In this document: one piece after another, positions 1 to 12,121 of the stretch | How the letters are laid out: each line of letters begins with the position of its first letter | Position numbering within the stretch: position 1 is the first letter of the stretch | Source: Lytechinus pictus | Taxonomy: Eukaryota | DNA: 64,000 nt | NCBI RefSeq assembly: GCF_037042905.1 | Contig: NC_087251.1 | Coordinates: 39,620,001-39,684,000, forward strand | Reading direction: 5' to 3' | Translations under genes and position numbers: made by a program | The notes under the pieces: model-generated | Told to the model about the DNA's origin: nothing | The model's database searches: none | Seen by the model: the letters and a program-made list of their open reading frames with translations, nothing else

Positions 1-83
1 ATAATGACAAGTGGACAGATATTATTACAGACAGTAAGAATCTGACGTATATGTTGACAAGGAGTGTCAGATTTTGAAATATA

Positions 84-733
84 CAGTTGAGGCCAGAAGT
101 TTACATACACCCAGGAAAAAAAAAAAAGTTGACACTTACCAAACATCATATAGTTTACTGTATCTTATAAAATATTTGTACCATCATGACGAATTTGATA
201 TCAAACAAATGAGTATGTCATGCTCCTTCATCACATTGCTTTGTCATCAGGAGCTGAAAAATATTTAAGTGTCATTTTTTTCCTCAAAATCTTTATATTT
301 TAGACAAATTAAAAATAAAAACTTGACAAAAACATTTCATATTTGTGCTAGTTACTTCTTAACACAAACATTTCAGATTACACTTTTTTGTTCAGTGGTG
401 ACATATCATGATAGAAAATGTAATAAAAATCATATCATAGATTTGACATTTATATATTTCTATGAAACAATGTTTGAAAATATAACAAACAATAGAATAC
501 ATTTGGCACAAATATTCCTTTTTTTTTCTTCAAAGAAAATTCCACCAGAAATATACTTTAATCCCAACAGCATCCCAATCATGTGAAATAACTGATTACG
601 CTCTTTCGTTTGATTCCAAATTCGTCATGGTAGTATTTATAGTTCTCAAGATATAGTCAATTTTACGATGTTTGGCAAGCAAACAAATTTCACTGAATTA
701 CTTTAGATGTATGTAAACTTTTGGCCTCAACTG
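84..733. mobile_element. Tc1/mariner-like MITE (650 bp)
   Basis: TIR CAGTTGAGGCCARAAGTTTACATACA at both ends, resembling Tc1/Sleeping Beauty termini; TA on the left, TG on the right. Confidence 0.85.
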
Positions 734-2009
734 TGTATCAGTAGAGATAGCTAACCCTAAACCTATTTACTGACCAGGACAATTTAACAGACATATTGAC
801 AGACAAAGGGAGAATTGGACAGACATCATGAGAGATAAAATTACACATCAAGAGATACAGACATGTTGATTACACAATTAGAACTGGACAGATATATTAA
901 GAGAAGGTTGCATACTAACAGAGACTGGCATATTGACAGAGACAGTGACAAAGGCAGTGAACTTGATAAACCTATCAACAGACAATGTCAGTTGAAGAGA
1001 CATATTGACAGAAGCAATGAGAATTGGACAGACACTTTGAGAAATGGACAGATGTATTTACATAAGCAACGAGAATTGGGCATACATATTGACAGACAGT
1101 GAGAAATGGATAGGCATATTGACAGACACACTTAAGAAATGGACATTGACAGACAGTGAAAATTGGACAGACATATTGAGAAGAAACAGTGAGAAATGGA
1201 CAGACATAAAAAAACACAGTGAGAATTGAACAGACACAATGACAGACACAGTTAACAATTGACGTATACACTGACAGAGACTGAGAATTGGACGAACATA
1301 TTATCAGACACAGTGAGAATTGGACAGACACATTGACTCTTCAGGAGATACAGACATATTGTTAGACGCATTGAGAACTAGAAAGTTATATTGAGAGAAA
1401 ATTACATACCAAGAGACTGACATATTAATAGAGACAGACATATGGAGAGAGTAACTCATGTATATTGATATACATGTAGACTGGCATGTTGTCATGCTGA
1501 CAGACAGTGACAAACAGACAAATTGACAGAGACAGTCAACTTGATAAACCTATCAACAGACAATGTCAATTGAGGAGATAAATTGACAGAGGGATTGAAA
1601 ATTGGACAGACAAAGTGAGAATGGGACAGGCATATTGACAGACACAGTGAGAATTGGACAGACATATTAACATTTGCAGTGAGATTTGGACAGACATATT
1701 GTCAGAGATAGTGAGAAATGGACAGACATATTGACAGACACAGTAAGAAATTGACAGGCACAGTGTGAAACGAACAAATATATCGTTGTCAAACACGGTA
1801 AGAAATGGAAAGACATATTGACATAGTGAGAAATGGACAGAAATATTGACAGACACAGTCAGAAATTGGTAGACATATTGATAGACGCAGTGAGATATTG
1901 ACAGACAGTGATAATTCGAAAGGCATATTGACAGACAAAGTGAAAATTGACATACACAGTGAGAAATAGATAGTGTGTGCATTTGAGTTTTGTCAGACGT
2001 GTATCAATC

Positions 2010-2082
2010 AGATATGATTATTTACATCTGGGACTGACCTTTAACGTCACCATCCGAAAGACGTGACCAGGGCTCGAACCTC
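2010..2082 (-). mobile_element. SINE fragment (B-box followed by a Deu-domain-like segment)
   Basis: Minus strand reads GGTTCGAGCCC...GTCTTTCGGATGGTGACGTTAAAGG, resembling the DeuSINE core as I recall it. Confidence 0.5.
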
Positions 2083-2401
2083 TGCATACAGAGGGGAAAA
2101 TAAGTTGTGTATAACTTTATGCCTACTTCCAAGGTAAATCCAGGGTAAATCAATTTGTAACTTCTGCACATAGCTTGGATTACAGGCGCACGCCACAACG
2201 CCCAGTTAAAATAGACATATTGAGAGACACTGTAAAAATTGGACAGGCATATGGACAGAGATTTAACATATCAACAGAGACTGACATATTGTCAGAGACA
2301 AAGATATTGACAGAGGAAATGACATATATTACCGTTGAAAATGACATATTGACAGAGAGAAATGTATTAACAGACATTGTAAACATTGGACAGAAACAAA
2401 C

Positions 2402-3485
2402 CAGTCAGACCGCAGGTCCCTATGCTAATGAGCAAAAAGGCCAGATTCATCCAAATCATCTCGTGGCTGAATCCTCCTCCTTGCAAAATCTCGTGATTCG
2501 TGAGATTTTCTTTCTCTAAGAATTTACCTGTTTTAACCTCAAGTTAAATGAAATATTATTACACCATCAGATAGAGTAAAAGTTACTCTTTCATATTGGT
2601 CATTTATTTTGTATACAATATTTTGTTAAATAAGTAAATTTCTGGCCTGAAAATGTGCCTTAAAACTGAATTTTCTTCCTCTGTTTTCTTTTGCAAATTG
2701 TGCAAAACTTTTTATTTTGAGCCTCAATGATATTTATATCACCATAAAGCTGAACTTCTGTACTTTCTCACAATGCCAATTTTGATATGCGGCACCTTTT
2801 AATCGGGTCAAGATCACACTTTTCCCACCAAGGTACAAGACGAGATTTCTGAAATTTTGCACTTGCAAGAAATCCAGAGTTCTGATTGGCTGGATAAGGT
2901 TCACAGAACAACAGGCGCGGGGTATTTGAGGAGATTACCACATGGGAAGTGTGACCTTCCCACGAACCCAGGCACTGGAACCGTTGGAATTTGCCATTGT
3001 GTGGTCTCTTTGACCAATCAGAGAGCAGTATTCTTGTTTTCAAGCTGCTTTATGTACCTGGCAAATGAAAAGTGTGATCTTGACCCGATTAAACCAATTC
3101 TTATTTTGAAACCTATATCATTTTAAAGCATACATATTCAGCTTTATCATGATATAAAAATCATTTGGGCTCAAACAAAAGTAAAGTGTGAAAATAGCAG
3201 CTTTTGTCAGGTAAAAATATTTATTTTGTAGCATATTTTAGATTAAAATTTTAACCTATATTACAAAATCTTTGAATAAATCCAAACACATGACCTGAAA
3301 GAATGATTCTTCTTCTTTACAATGGTACCAAATTCATGAAATTCGATGCACAATTAGAGCAGCAATGACCGAATGAAAAGAGGTGTTTTGGTCCGCATCA
3401 AGCTCATTAAATATGCAAAACATCTCAAGTCATGAATATCACTTGGATGAAAGAAGCCACTTTCTTGGGACCTGCAGTCTGACTG
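2402..3485. mobile_element. Non-autonomous DNA transposon (Academ- or hAT-like), 1084 bp
   Basis: TIR CAGTCAGACYGCAGGTCCC; flanks AAAC/AAAC (or aaacaaac/aaactaac as an imperfect 8-mer); internal inverted repeat at ~2799-2825 and ~3068-3092. Confidence 0.85.
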
Positions 3486-4640
3486 AAACTAACAGTCCTT
3501 GTGCTGTGTGACGGATAAAGACATATTGAAATAATTATAAGAAGAATTTGTGAGGAGTTCTCATATATTAAGATGGACAATGACAACTACACAGATGACA
3601 TTTTATCTGACATGAATGGTGAGTTTTTTGACAGGCACTTTGATCTATTCATTCGCAGAACTGACAAAATAGTACAGATATTTTGAAATGGACAGATATA
3701 TTGACAAGATGGGCCTATAGAATTGAACAGACATAATAGAAGAGACAAATATAATTGGACAGACATATTGGTAGAGACAGAGATAATTGAACAGACATAT
3801 TGACAGAGACATGTAGAGTTGGCAGACATAGAATTAGATTAATATTTGACAGATTAAATAGTGGACAAACATACTGATCTACACAGAGAGAATTTGACAG
3901 ACATATCACTGAGACATATTGGCAGAGATGAATGGAATTGGACAGACATTTTGAAAGGGACATAAAAAATTGAACAGACATATCAAATGACTCGGTGAGA
4001 ATTAGACAGACATATTGACAGAGACATATAGAATTGGACAGACGCATTGACAGAGACTCAAAGAATTGGATACACAAAGTCACCGACACACTATAAATTG
4101 GACAGCTCAGACATATTGGCTGACATAACAAGAGCTTTACAGACATTGACAGAGACATAGAATTGAAGAAAGGTATTGACCAATATCATGAGAACCGAAC
4201 AGACATATTGACCGATACATGGAGACTTAACAGACATTGACAGAGATGTTTAGAATTTGACAGACATATTGACTGACGGACAAAGCAGGACTCAACAGTC
4301 ATGGAAAGAGACATATAACATTGGACAGACATATTGATTGACATAGCACGACTCGGACAAACATTGACAGAGATGTATAGAATTGGAGAGACATACTGGC
4401 TGATACAATGAGACTCGGACAGACATTTACAGAGATGTGAAGAACTGGAGAGACATACTGAACAACACATATTGGGAAAGACAGACGTAATGAAACAATG
4501 AGAATTCTTTAGACATTACTGAGATGATAAAAAGGGAATTACCATCGTGACATTGACAGATTGAGGCAATTATAATAGACAGACATATGTTCATACAGAC
4601 AATGAGACACATTAAGACAAACCAAAGACATTGTTTCCTG

Positions 4641-4850
4641 GGAGGTGTTTCACAAAGATTCAAGTATGACTAAGGTCACACTTAAATGCCGACGCGTACA
4701 TGATATGCAACGCGCAACTTATTGATCAATACGCAGTAGTGCGCGTCCTCTTGGCATGATCTGACCATGCAGTCACGCCTTTTATAATGCACGCAACTAG
4801 GTATTTAAGTACGGCTCTAATTCATACTTAAATCTTTGTGAAACACCCCC
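4641..4850. mobile_element. Harbinger-like MITE
   Basis: TIR GGRGGTGTTTCACAAAGATT; CTG/CAG (CWG) flanks. Confidence 0.8.
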
Positions 4851-7800
4851 CAGGTCCCAAAACTATTAAAAAAATTTGAAGGACAAAAATTGAATAACGT
4901 AGGTGGGTTACAGTTAGTATCTTCATGGAGATGAATGGCCAGGGAAAAGCACAGAGATCTGATTAAAGAAAAGGAAATAAAATCCTTTTTTTTCTAATGT
5001 TGGGATTTATTTATTTATCATTTTTTTTGTAAATCATGCCAATGTGACTATTTATGTATCAGAACGATACCATGTTAATAATCAAATAATGTGAATTCAT
5101 TCCAGAAAGAAATACAGCTTAAATCCTATGGTTGGATTTTGTTAAGAGAAGCAAAATTTGATTCATGGTTTGAACTTGGATTCTTATATCCAACCCAATT
5201 GATTAATTTGCTTCAATCTGTTTATGGGAAGAAGGAATGCATCCTGTGCTAAATGCATGCATTTATAATATATCTAGTCTGTGGCTGTCTGCAGACATTT
5301 TCTGGAGATGTGGGGGGGGGGGGCGGCGGCAAGAATATGTAGAATATTTGAAAACACGGAAGGGAGAGAGTCGAGTCACTATCCTTAGAACAAAAACATT
5401 TTTTTAAAATTAAAATGTAACAATTTCATATACACTTTGATTGTTTGAAAATGAGTGGGGCAGGGTAGTTGACCCCCTCCACTTTCTTGCACGTGCTAAA
5501 TTGTAAAGTGCTATTTCACATGTATTTGCATAAACCATGGATTAAATTTAACTCACCTTTGTAAATTCCTGTTTAAATCTTGATTTCCAGATGTAGAAAT
5601 AGTAATTATAGGACCAATTTTCCAAGTCAGATGATATTTATACTGATGTACATATCTAAAAACAAAATGACTTGGAAAAATATGGAACTCCAAGAATACT
5701 AGAAGAATGTATGTATGCAATATTGTAAGAAATATTTATAAGTTTTATTGTGCTACAAAACATGCATTGCATATGAATACCAATAGAGGGTGCATATAGT
5801 TATGTAAAACTATTTTTTGAGGGGGAAAATGTATTTCATAGTAATGTGTATAAATCTTTTGTCCAGCTTAGTATTTCAAATCTGCCAAATTGGACATGAT
5901 GAAGTTCATTAGTTTTATGGAAAAAAAAAACTAAACTAAACTGCTGCCCACTTTGTCCAACAAAGAAATATTTGATCAGGGGTGGCATTTGAAGTGATGG
6001 AAATATGTGTTTAAAAAATGAAATTGAGGGAGCAATTTATATATCTTTCACGATAAACTATTAAAATTCCGGTTATCAGTTTAACATGTAAATAAGCATC
6101 CTTGAAATTCATAAATTGACAGATTCGAGCTCCAAGTTTGCAACCAAGGATATGCCTAGCACATGTCCGATGACCATGAGCCTACAAAACTGACTTTCGG
6201 ACTATCTGTATATTAGCGGTGGAGAATTTGATCTATCTGATGGCTTAATGGCATTAAATGTATTTCAAGACATGATTTTATTTATGAACTTCTGACTCTA
6301 AAGAGATGAAATACTGTGTATTTGTTGATTATCTTTGCTTCAGCTGGACTGGGGTATGTTTTTTGAAGTAATATAAAAAGTAACATATGTTTTATACTTG
6401 TAGAAATATTCCCCCAACCCTTCGTTCTTATATTTCTATCAGTCCGCTTGTCCCGATGGTTATTGTATCATGAGGCTAACAATCCTTTTGTCATGTTTCT
6501 GTGTTTTAGGGTACATGATCTATGAGCATAATCTTGGATGTTGCGAGAAATTTACGTTCAATTCCAAATCAAGCACAAGTCAAGATATCAAGCACACAGA
6601 CCCTTAAAATAAATGCAAATTTGCATTTGATTTTCGTTCAATCGCAATTCAACTTTGCTGCAATGGCCCATTGTGTTGGGCTTGAATTTCAATTGAACAT
6701 AAAAAAGATAATTACAACGCCCAGTTATAATCCATCCTCTTTAAGACTATGTTTAACTATTTTCATATCCTTCCCTATTAAATGCATGTATTTTTTTGCT
6801 GCTTTAAAAAATCTCAAATTTGTGCACCAAAGAAAATTCACACCACGTGGTTATAGGAAAGGCTGTTGTTTTCTATTATTACATTCAGACTATAATCACG
6901 GGATTATGCATCATTGACATTATTAATGCGATTTATATGAAAACAGTCACTTTTTCAAAAGTCACATTTACAGGAGCTAATGTAAGTTTGATTAAGCTGT
7001 TGCACTCCAAGTCTGCATGTATGTGGTCTGGAGTCTGTGGAGAATGCGTTTTTATTGCCAAATCCGCCTATGGGGGAAAAAATAAATAATTATCCTCGGG
7101 TCCTGAAAGGACTTTCAGATTTTGCAATGTTTTGACGTCACAAAATCGACACACACAAGGCTGATTAAATATTATATTACATTTCCTATTTTTGAAATGC
7201 TTACTAATTTATAATTAACTCAGAATATTGAAAAACTCATTGAATATTGAAATAGATTCCAACAAACAAGTCAGAAAAATGTTTATTTGATTTGTAAAGT
7301 CATTTTCAAATGTATAATTTTTATTCTTTCAGATATGCCATTCTTACGAAAGTCATTGATTGACTTTTATTGCAATATTCTGACTTGCCATGCCGTGTTT
7401 TATTTTTTGTTTTTGGATAGGGTGTTATCTTTTCAATTGATATTATTTTTGTACTCCTATTTTTTGTTGCTGGCTGTGTGCTATTCCTGGTTTCATAAGA
7501 AAAAGAAAAAAATATGTGTCTTGAATAATTTATGTATGTAAACAAATATTTCAATAAATACCATTGTGTTCATGAAAATTGAAATTAAGCTGTCTGTTTA
7601 TCGTTTGTGAAATAGTGTAATTGAAGAATGTATCTTTCATGAATTTAAGATGAATATACTGAACATCGATGGAAGTGTGACTCAGGCACACACAAACAAT
7701 ATCAATATATACACCAAAGGAACTATTCTAAACAGAGTAACTACTCCAAATAGTGTGATTAAATCACATTTTTAATGAACTTTTTTTAATAAATGATATC

Positions 7801-7941
7801 GTGGAATTGTGTAGTAGCACACCATCTCTACCTCTATTGATCCCCCACCCTCGGACAGTCGACAGAATAATTCATAAATTCATTGTTAGAATTTCGAGGA
7901 TAATAGTCAAGTTTCCTAGGACCATTCTCAGAATTTACTAA

Positions 7942-8329
7942 GGTAAATTGCCAACTCGTCCACTTATCACATGGTCTACCTTCATTTAGTCTAATGCCAT
8001 TCTGTCCATCAACATTTCGTCTAACCATTTGGTCCAATAGTCAGTTTGTCTTATCACCAGTTCGTCTATAACCGTTTCGTCTAAAACCAGTTGGTCCAAT
8101 ACTCATTTCTTTTACATCCATTTCGCCCAGTTAACACTAATTGAAATTAGACCAAATGGTATACATAGACTAGATGGCTTTTGGACCCAACTGGTTATTA
8201 GACGAAATGGTGAGTGGACAAAAATGGCAATTAGACTATGTGGATAGTGGACGAACTGATGGTAGACCAAATGATAGTAGACGAGTTGGTAATTGGACAA
8301 ATTGGCATTAGACCAATTTGAAATAAACC
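7942..8329. mobile_element. Merlin-like MITE with internal TAGACCAA/TTGGTCTA repeats
   Basis: GG...CC termini; exact 8-bp TSD TTTACTAA (7934-7941, 8330-8337). Confidence 0.75.
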
Positions 8330-10878
8330 TTTACTAATTGCGGTCTCTCATCTGACAATACAAGCACACATTCAACAAACACATGCAACCTATAAATCAA
8401 ACTCTTTTGAAACTGAAGATAATTTTATCTGACATCTCCAATTATATTATCTTGTCAATATATGCCAGAGCAACCACTACATTGTTGACTATTATTCACT
8501 TGAAAAAATATCCAACCCTTATTATTATTATAAGAAGATAAGTCTTCTAATTTCATGAATCAAAATTCAAATATGGGCAAAAATTATAGCTTAATTAAAT
8601 TAATTCAAATACACTAAAGAAAACACTGCAAGTAACCACACATCTCTCCAGTAAATTGAGCAAATTATATAGGTACTGTATATATATATATATATATATA
8701 TGTATTTATATTCATATTTTAAATAATAAATTAAATTGAAATTATAAATCAATCAATGAATTCATCACTAAATGAATAATCACTAAGTGATATATAATAT
8801 ACACTTCTGAACATTATCCTTTCTAATTGATTAAATATTCATCAATAATTTATATATTAATATATTTTTCAAAAGGCAGGGTTTCCAGTATGTGATCCCA
8901 TTGTCAATCGGCCAACTTAATCAAGCTCATTTGGGGCTTGCTCGGTCTAAGGAGGACTCCAACTTAAAAAAAAAAATCAATCTAAACTATGGAAATCCAT
9001 CAATGTCATAATTCTTTACACAGGAAATGTATATATATCCCTTTGGAAACAAAAAGCACATACATTTGGAAATACACTTGGAAAACACTGAATTAATAGT
9101 CTAGATGTTGTTATTACTGGCTTTCCATAGTTACGATTGATCGGATCAATGACAACTCTTTGTCAGATGGGGTCTTGGTCAATCATCTTTATAAGGAACG
9201 ATTGACAAGATTTTGGCTCCTACTTGCATATTCTGGACATGTTCCAACTACATGTGTATAGAACCAGGGTGATGTTGATCCAAGTAGACCAACCCCCGAG
9301 AACCCTACCGAGTAAGACAGTCCAAATCCAAAAATATTAATATCAGGTCTGACCAAATATTTTTCAAAGCCCAGCTTTGATTAAATAGACAAAATTCTAG
9401 GAAATTTAATATTTTGTTCCTTTATCTATCGCAAATTAATAATAGATTCCCAAGAGATACACATAACTTGCATTAGGTCAATAGTCAATACATAGAAGAA
9501 TTTGTATTTGTATTTTCATTTAATTTACTATCATACATCTCAATATATTTTGTATAATCGTATTTCACTTTCAAAATAGAACAAAACAGAACTTACAAAC
9601 ATCTCATGAACCAAGATTATTTTTTTGTTATGATTGGTACATTATTTCTGGCGTAGTATCAATGGTTCTCTGTCACTGTTAAGTTGTTTGTGTGCCACAA
9701 TTGCTGCACAATATGATCAATACTTGTCCAAATTGGAACTTATATAATCCTCAACTACCTGCAGTCAAAATTCATCCCTCCACCAGTTGCCAGATTGTAT
9801 ACTTCTAAAATCTTCAGAAATTGTCACTTAATAAACCCTCTTTAAGTCTTTGTTATCTATAAGATTTTATAGAAACTACTGTGACAAAAAAGGGCGTCTA
9901 TGAGGGATAAAAGACAATTGCTCAAATGAAATATTTTTGTGATAATCTACTAAAATTGTCCGATATTTTGACAGAGTATTGCAAACAAAGTGAGCATGAT
10001 GAAATGTTCACATTCAAAAGTTCATCAGGCTTGAATGACAATGTGTCTCCAAACTTAAAAAAGTTTTGTGCAATACATAATACCCGATCAATATGTAGAA
10101 ATGACTCATTTTCTTTGGCAGTACATCTTCAGTCATCATAACTCTGAAGTGAATAAAATCACTGTTTTTGAAAGAGAAAAAAAATCTGAACTGAAGTATT
10201 ATAAATCAGTCTTATCTTAAGAAGTTGATTTCAACCATCCAATTTTAATTGCTGTTATGATTTAACTTTGTATGGCACTGACATAATTGATACATGAAAA
10301 TCTCTTGAATTTCCAATCACTGAATTTGAATAAATTGGTAAGTATCTTACCAAACATAGATTCATATTTCTTTTATTTTCTGTGCAGATAATGCACATGA
10401 TTCCAGACCACAATAGCTTGCTATTGCACTTCAGACTTTTTATTGTCATCTACATGTTCAAAAAAAGTTCTTTGATGGCAAACTATAAAAAATACACATT
10501 ACTTGTGATAGACATGATATAGTTACTTAGATTCATCCCAATAAATAGATAAATGACTACATGTCCTATACTATAATACAAATTTATTATTGTTCCAGTC
10601 AACCAGATTTAATTTCTTACAAAAACATTGTGATTTATACAGACTCATCTATAAATATCTGAAATTCAATATGAACTTCACATTAAAAAAAATATATATC
10701 CCTGGACCGAACCAGATTGAAAGTTGTCCATGGCAGTGTGCAGATATCGACTTGAATATTGGGAGAAATTACATACAACTGGAATTTCATTTTTGTTTGA
10801 AAAAGCCGTTTAGGCTATGGACCAGACATGCAGACATGAACTTGAATATTGTGTAAAAATTCACTTATAATTGGAGCT

Positions 10879-12121
10879 TTATTTTGGTTTAAAAAAACTT
10901 TTTAGACTACTGCTCCCCGGTCCATTTCCATGACCATCACCCTGCTTTGTCTTCTTATTCTTAGTGGTTGACCCAGGCGGCCTTCCTCTCTTCTTCCCAA
11001 TCTTGATGATAGATGAAGGTTTGGGCTTAGTCCCATTTGTTTGCCCAGGCCTTGGTACAGTGTTCCTGGCCTCTGCTTGATCCTGTTCCTGAAGTTCTAG
11101 GGCCATGTGGAAGTCTAGGTGTTCAGGGTAGTCCCAGACTAAGATGATTTGATGGCATTTCTCGCAGAGGATCTCATCCTCACCTGGTGTCCTGGCTGGT
11201 TCAGCCTTCACCGGGACAGAGTCATCGCTACACCCTAATGTCCCTGCTATATTTTGTTTCCCCTTTCCTGTTTCATCACTAAAATGCCCTTGATTTGCAC
11301 CATAACAATGTCTATTAGTTAGTTCTGAAACGCTGGAAGACAATACTCTTCCTTTTGAAGATGAGGCATGGGATACCTCAAAATCCTCATCACTTGAGAA
11401 ATCAGGAAACAGATTAGCATCTCCATCAATGTCTTCATCCTCCACCTGATGGGAACAACCAGCTCTGTTTCCAGTTGGGCCTGTCTCTAAATGAGACGAG
11501 CTTGTAGCTTCTCCTGCAGAATCGGTGATTGGCTGACCTAGTCTCAAAGATCTGTTTCTTTTTTCCTGAATCTCTTTGTCTTTCTTTTGCTGCAATCTGG
11601 CGAAGAATGACTGTCCATGACTGGATCCTGCCTTTGGGGATTCACCATTGGCACCTTCATTTCTGGTCATTCCAGAGACACATGTTGCCTTTGAATCCTG
11701 ATGAATCATGCTTTTGTCTCTTTCTACCGAAGTCATGGTTCTCTGATGCGATGCCATAAATGCTACAGAAGAACCCCTTGGATCATTTTCATCACTGGTC
11801 CTTTTCTTCTGGAAGAACGTCCTGATCCCCTGGTCTTTGGGGTTGGACTTCCTCCTCTCTTGTTGATCCCCCACAATCTCACAGCCAAATTGCTCTACTG
11901 TGTTCTCCAGCTTAGGGTCTTTGCTTGACTGAGTGAGGAATCTGTCAAGTGTTCTCTTAGACGTCTGATCCTGTGTGGTCTTTGGACTTTCGTTTAGCAG
12001 TAGTGTTGTAGCCGGTTTGCTTGTTGCAGGCGATAAGAAGCTTTGAATTGAACCTGACTTGGTGCTTCCTCCGTCCACAAACTTAGAAGCCGATATACCA
12101 AGACATATTACGGGAGGGGAC
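10879..12121 (-). CDS. POLH: Pol eta terminal exon: end of little finger, disordered tail with PIP/RIR-like motifs, UBZ finger (11089-11166), basic NLS, C-terminal PIP box SLKSFFKPK
   Basis: Within ORF 10879..12138; acceptor tttcaaaag at 12122; CEKCHQIILVWDYPEHLDFHMALELQ is a Pol eta-type UBZ3; stop TAA at 10879. Confidence 0.96.

Larger units (their letters stand above)
778..4620. repeat. Degenerate minisatellite, ~30-35 bp unit (GGACAGACATATTGACAGACACAGTGAGAATT), interrupted by a SINE fragment and a MITE
   Basis: Dozens of GACAGACATATT cores at 778-1970, 2210-2390 and 3690-4620; source of the repetitive spurious ORFs. Confidence 0.9.

Noticed and set aside
863..4663. Cys/Ser/Val-rich repetitive ORFs as a metal-binding or structural protein
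   Set aside because: Translations of a degenerate satellite in multiple frames, with no consistent frame or splice structure
4900..7560. 3' UTR of an upstream plus-strand gene (AATAAA near 7553)
   Set aside because: Only compositional hints; no coding exon found in the window to anchor it
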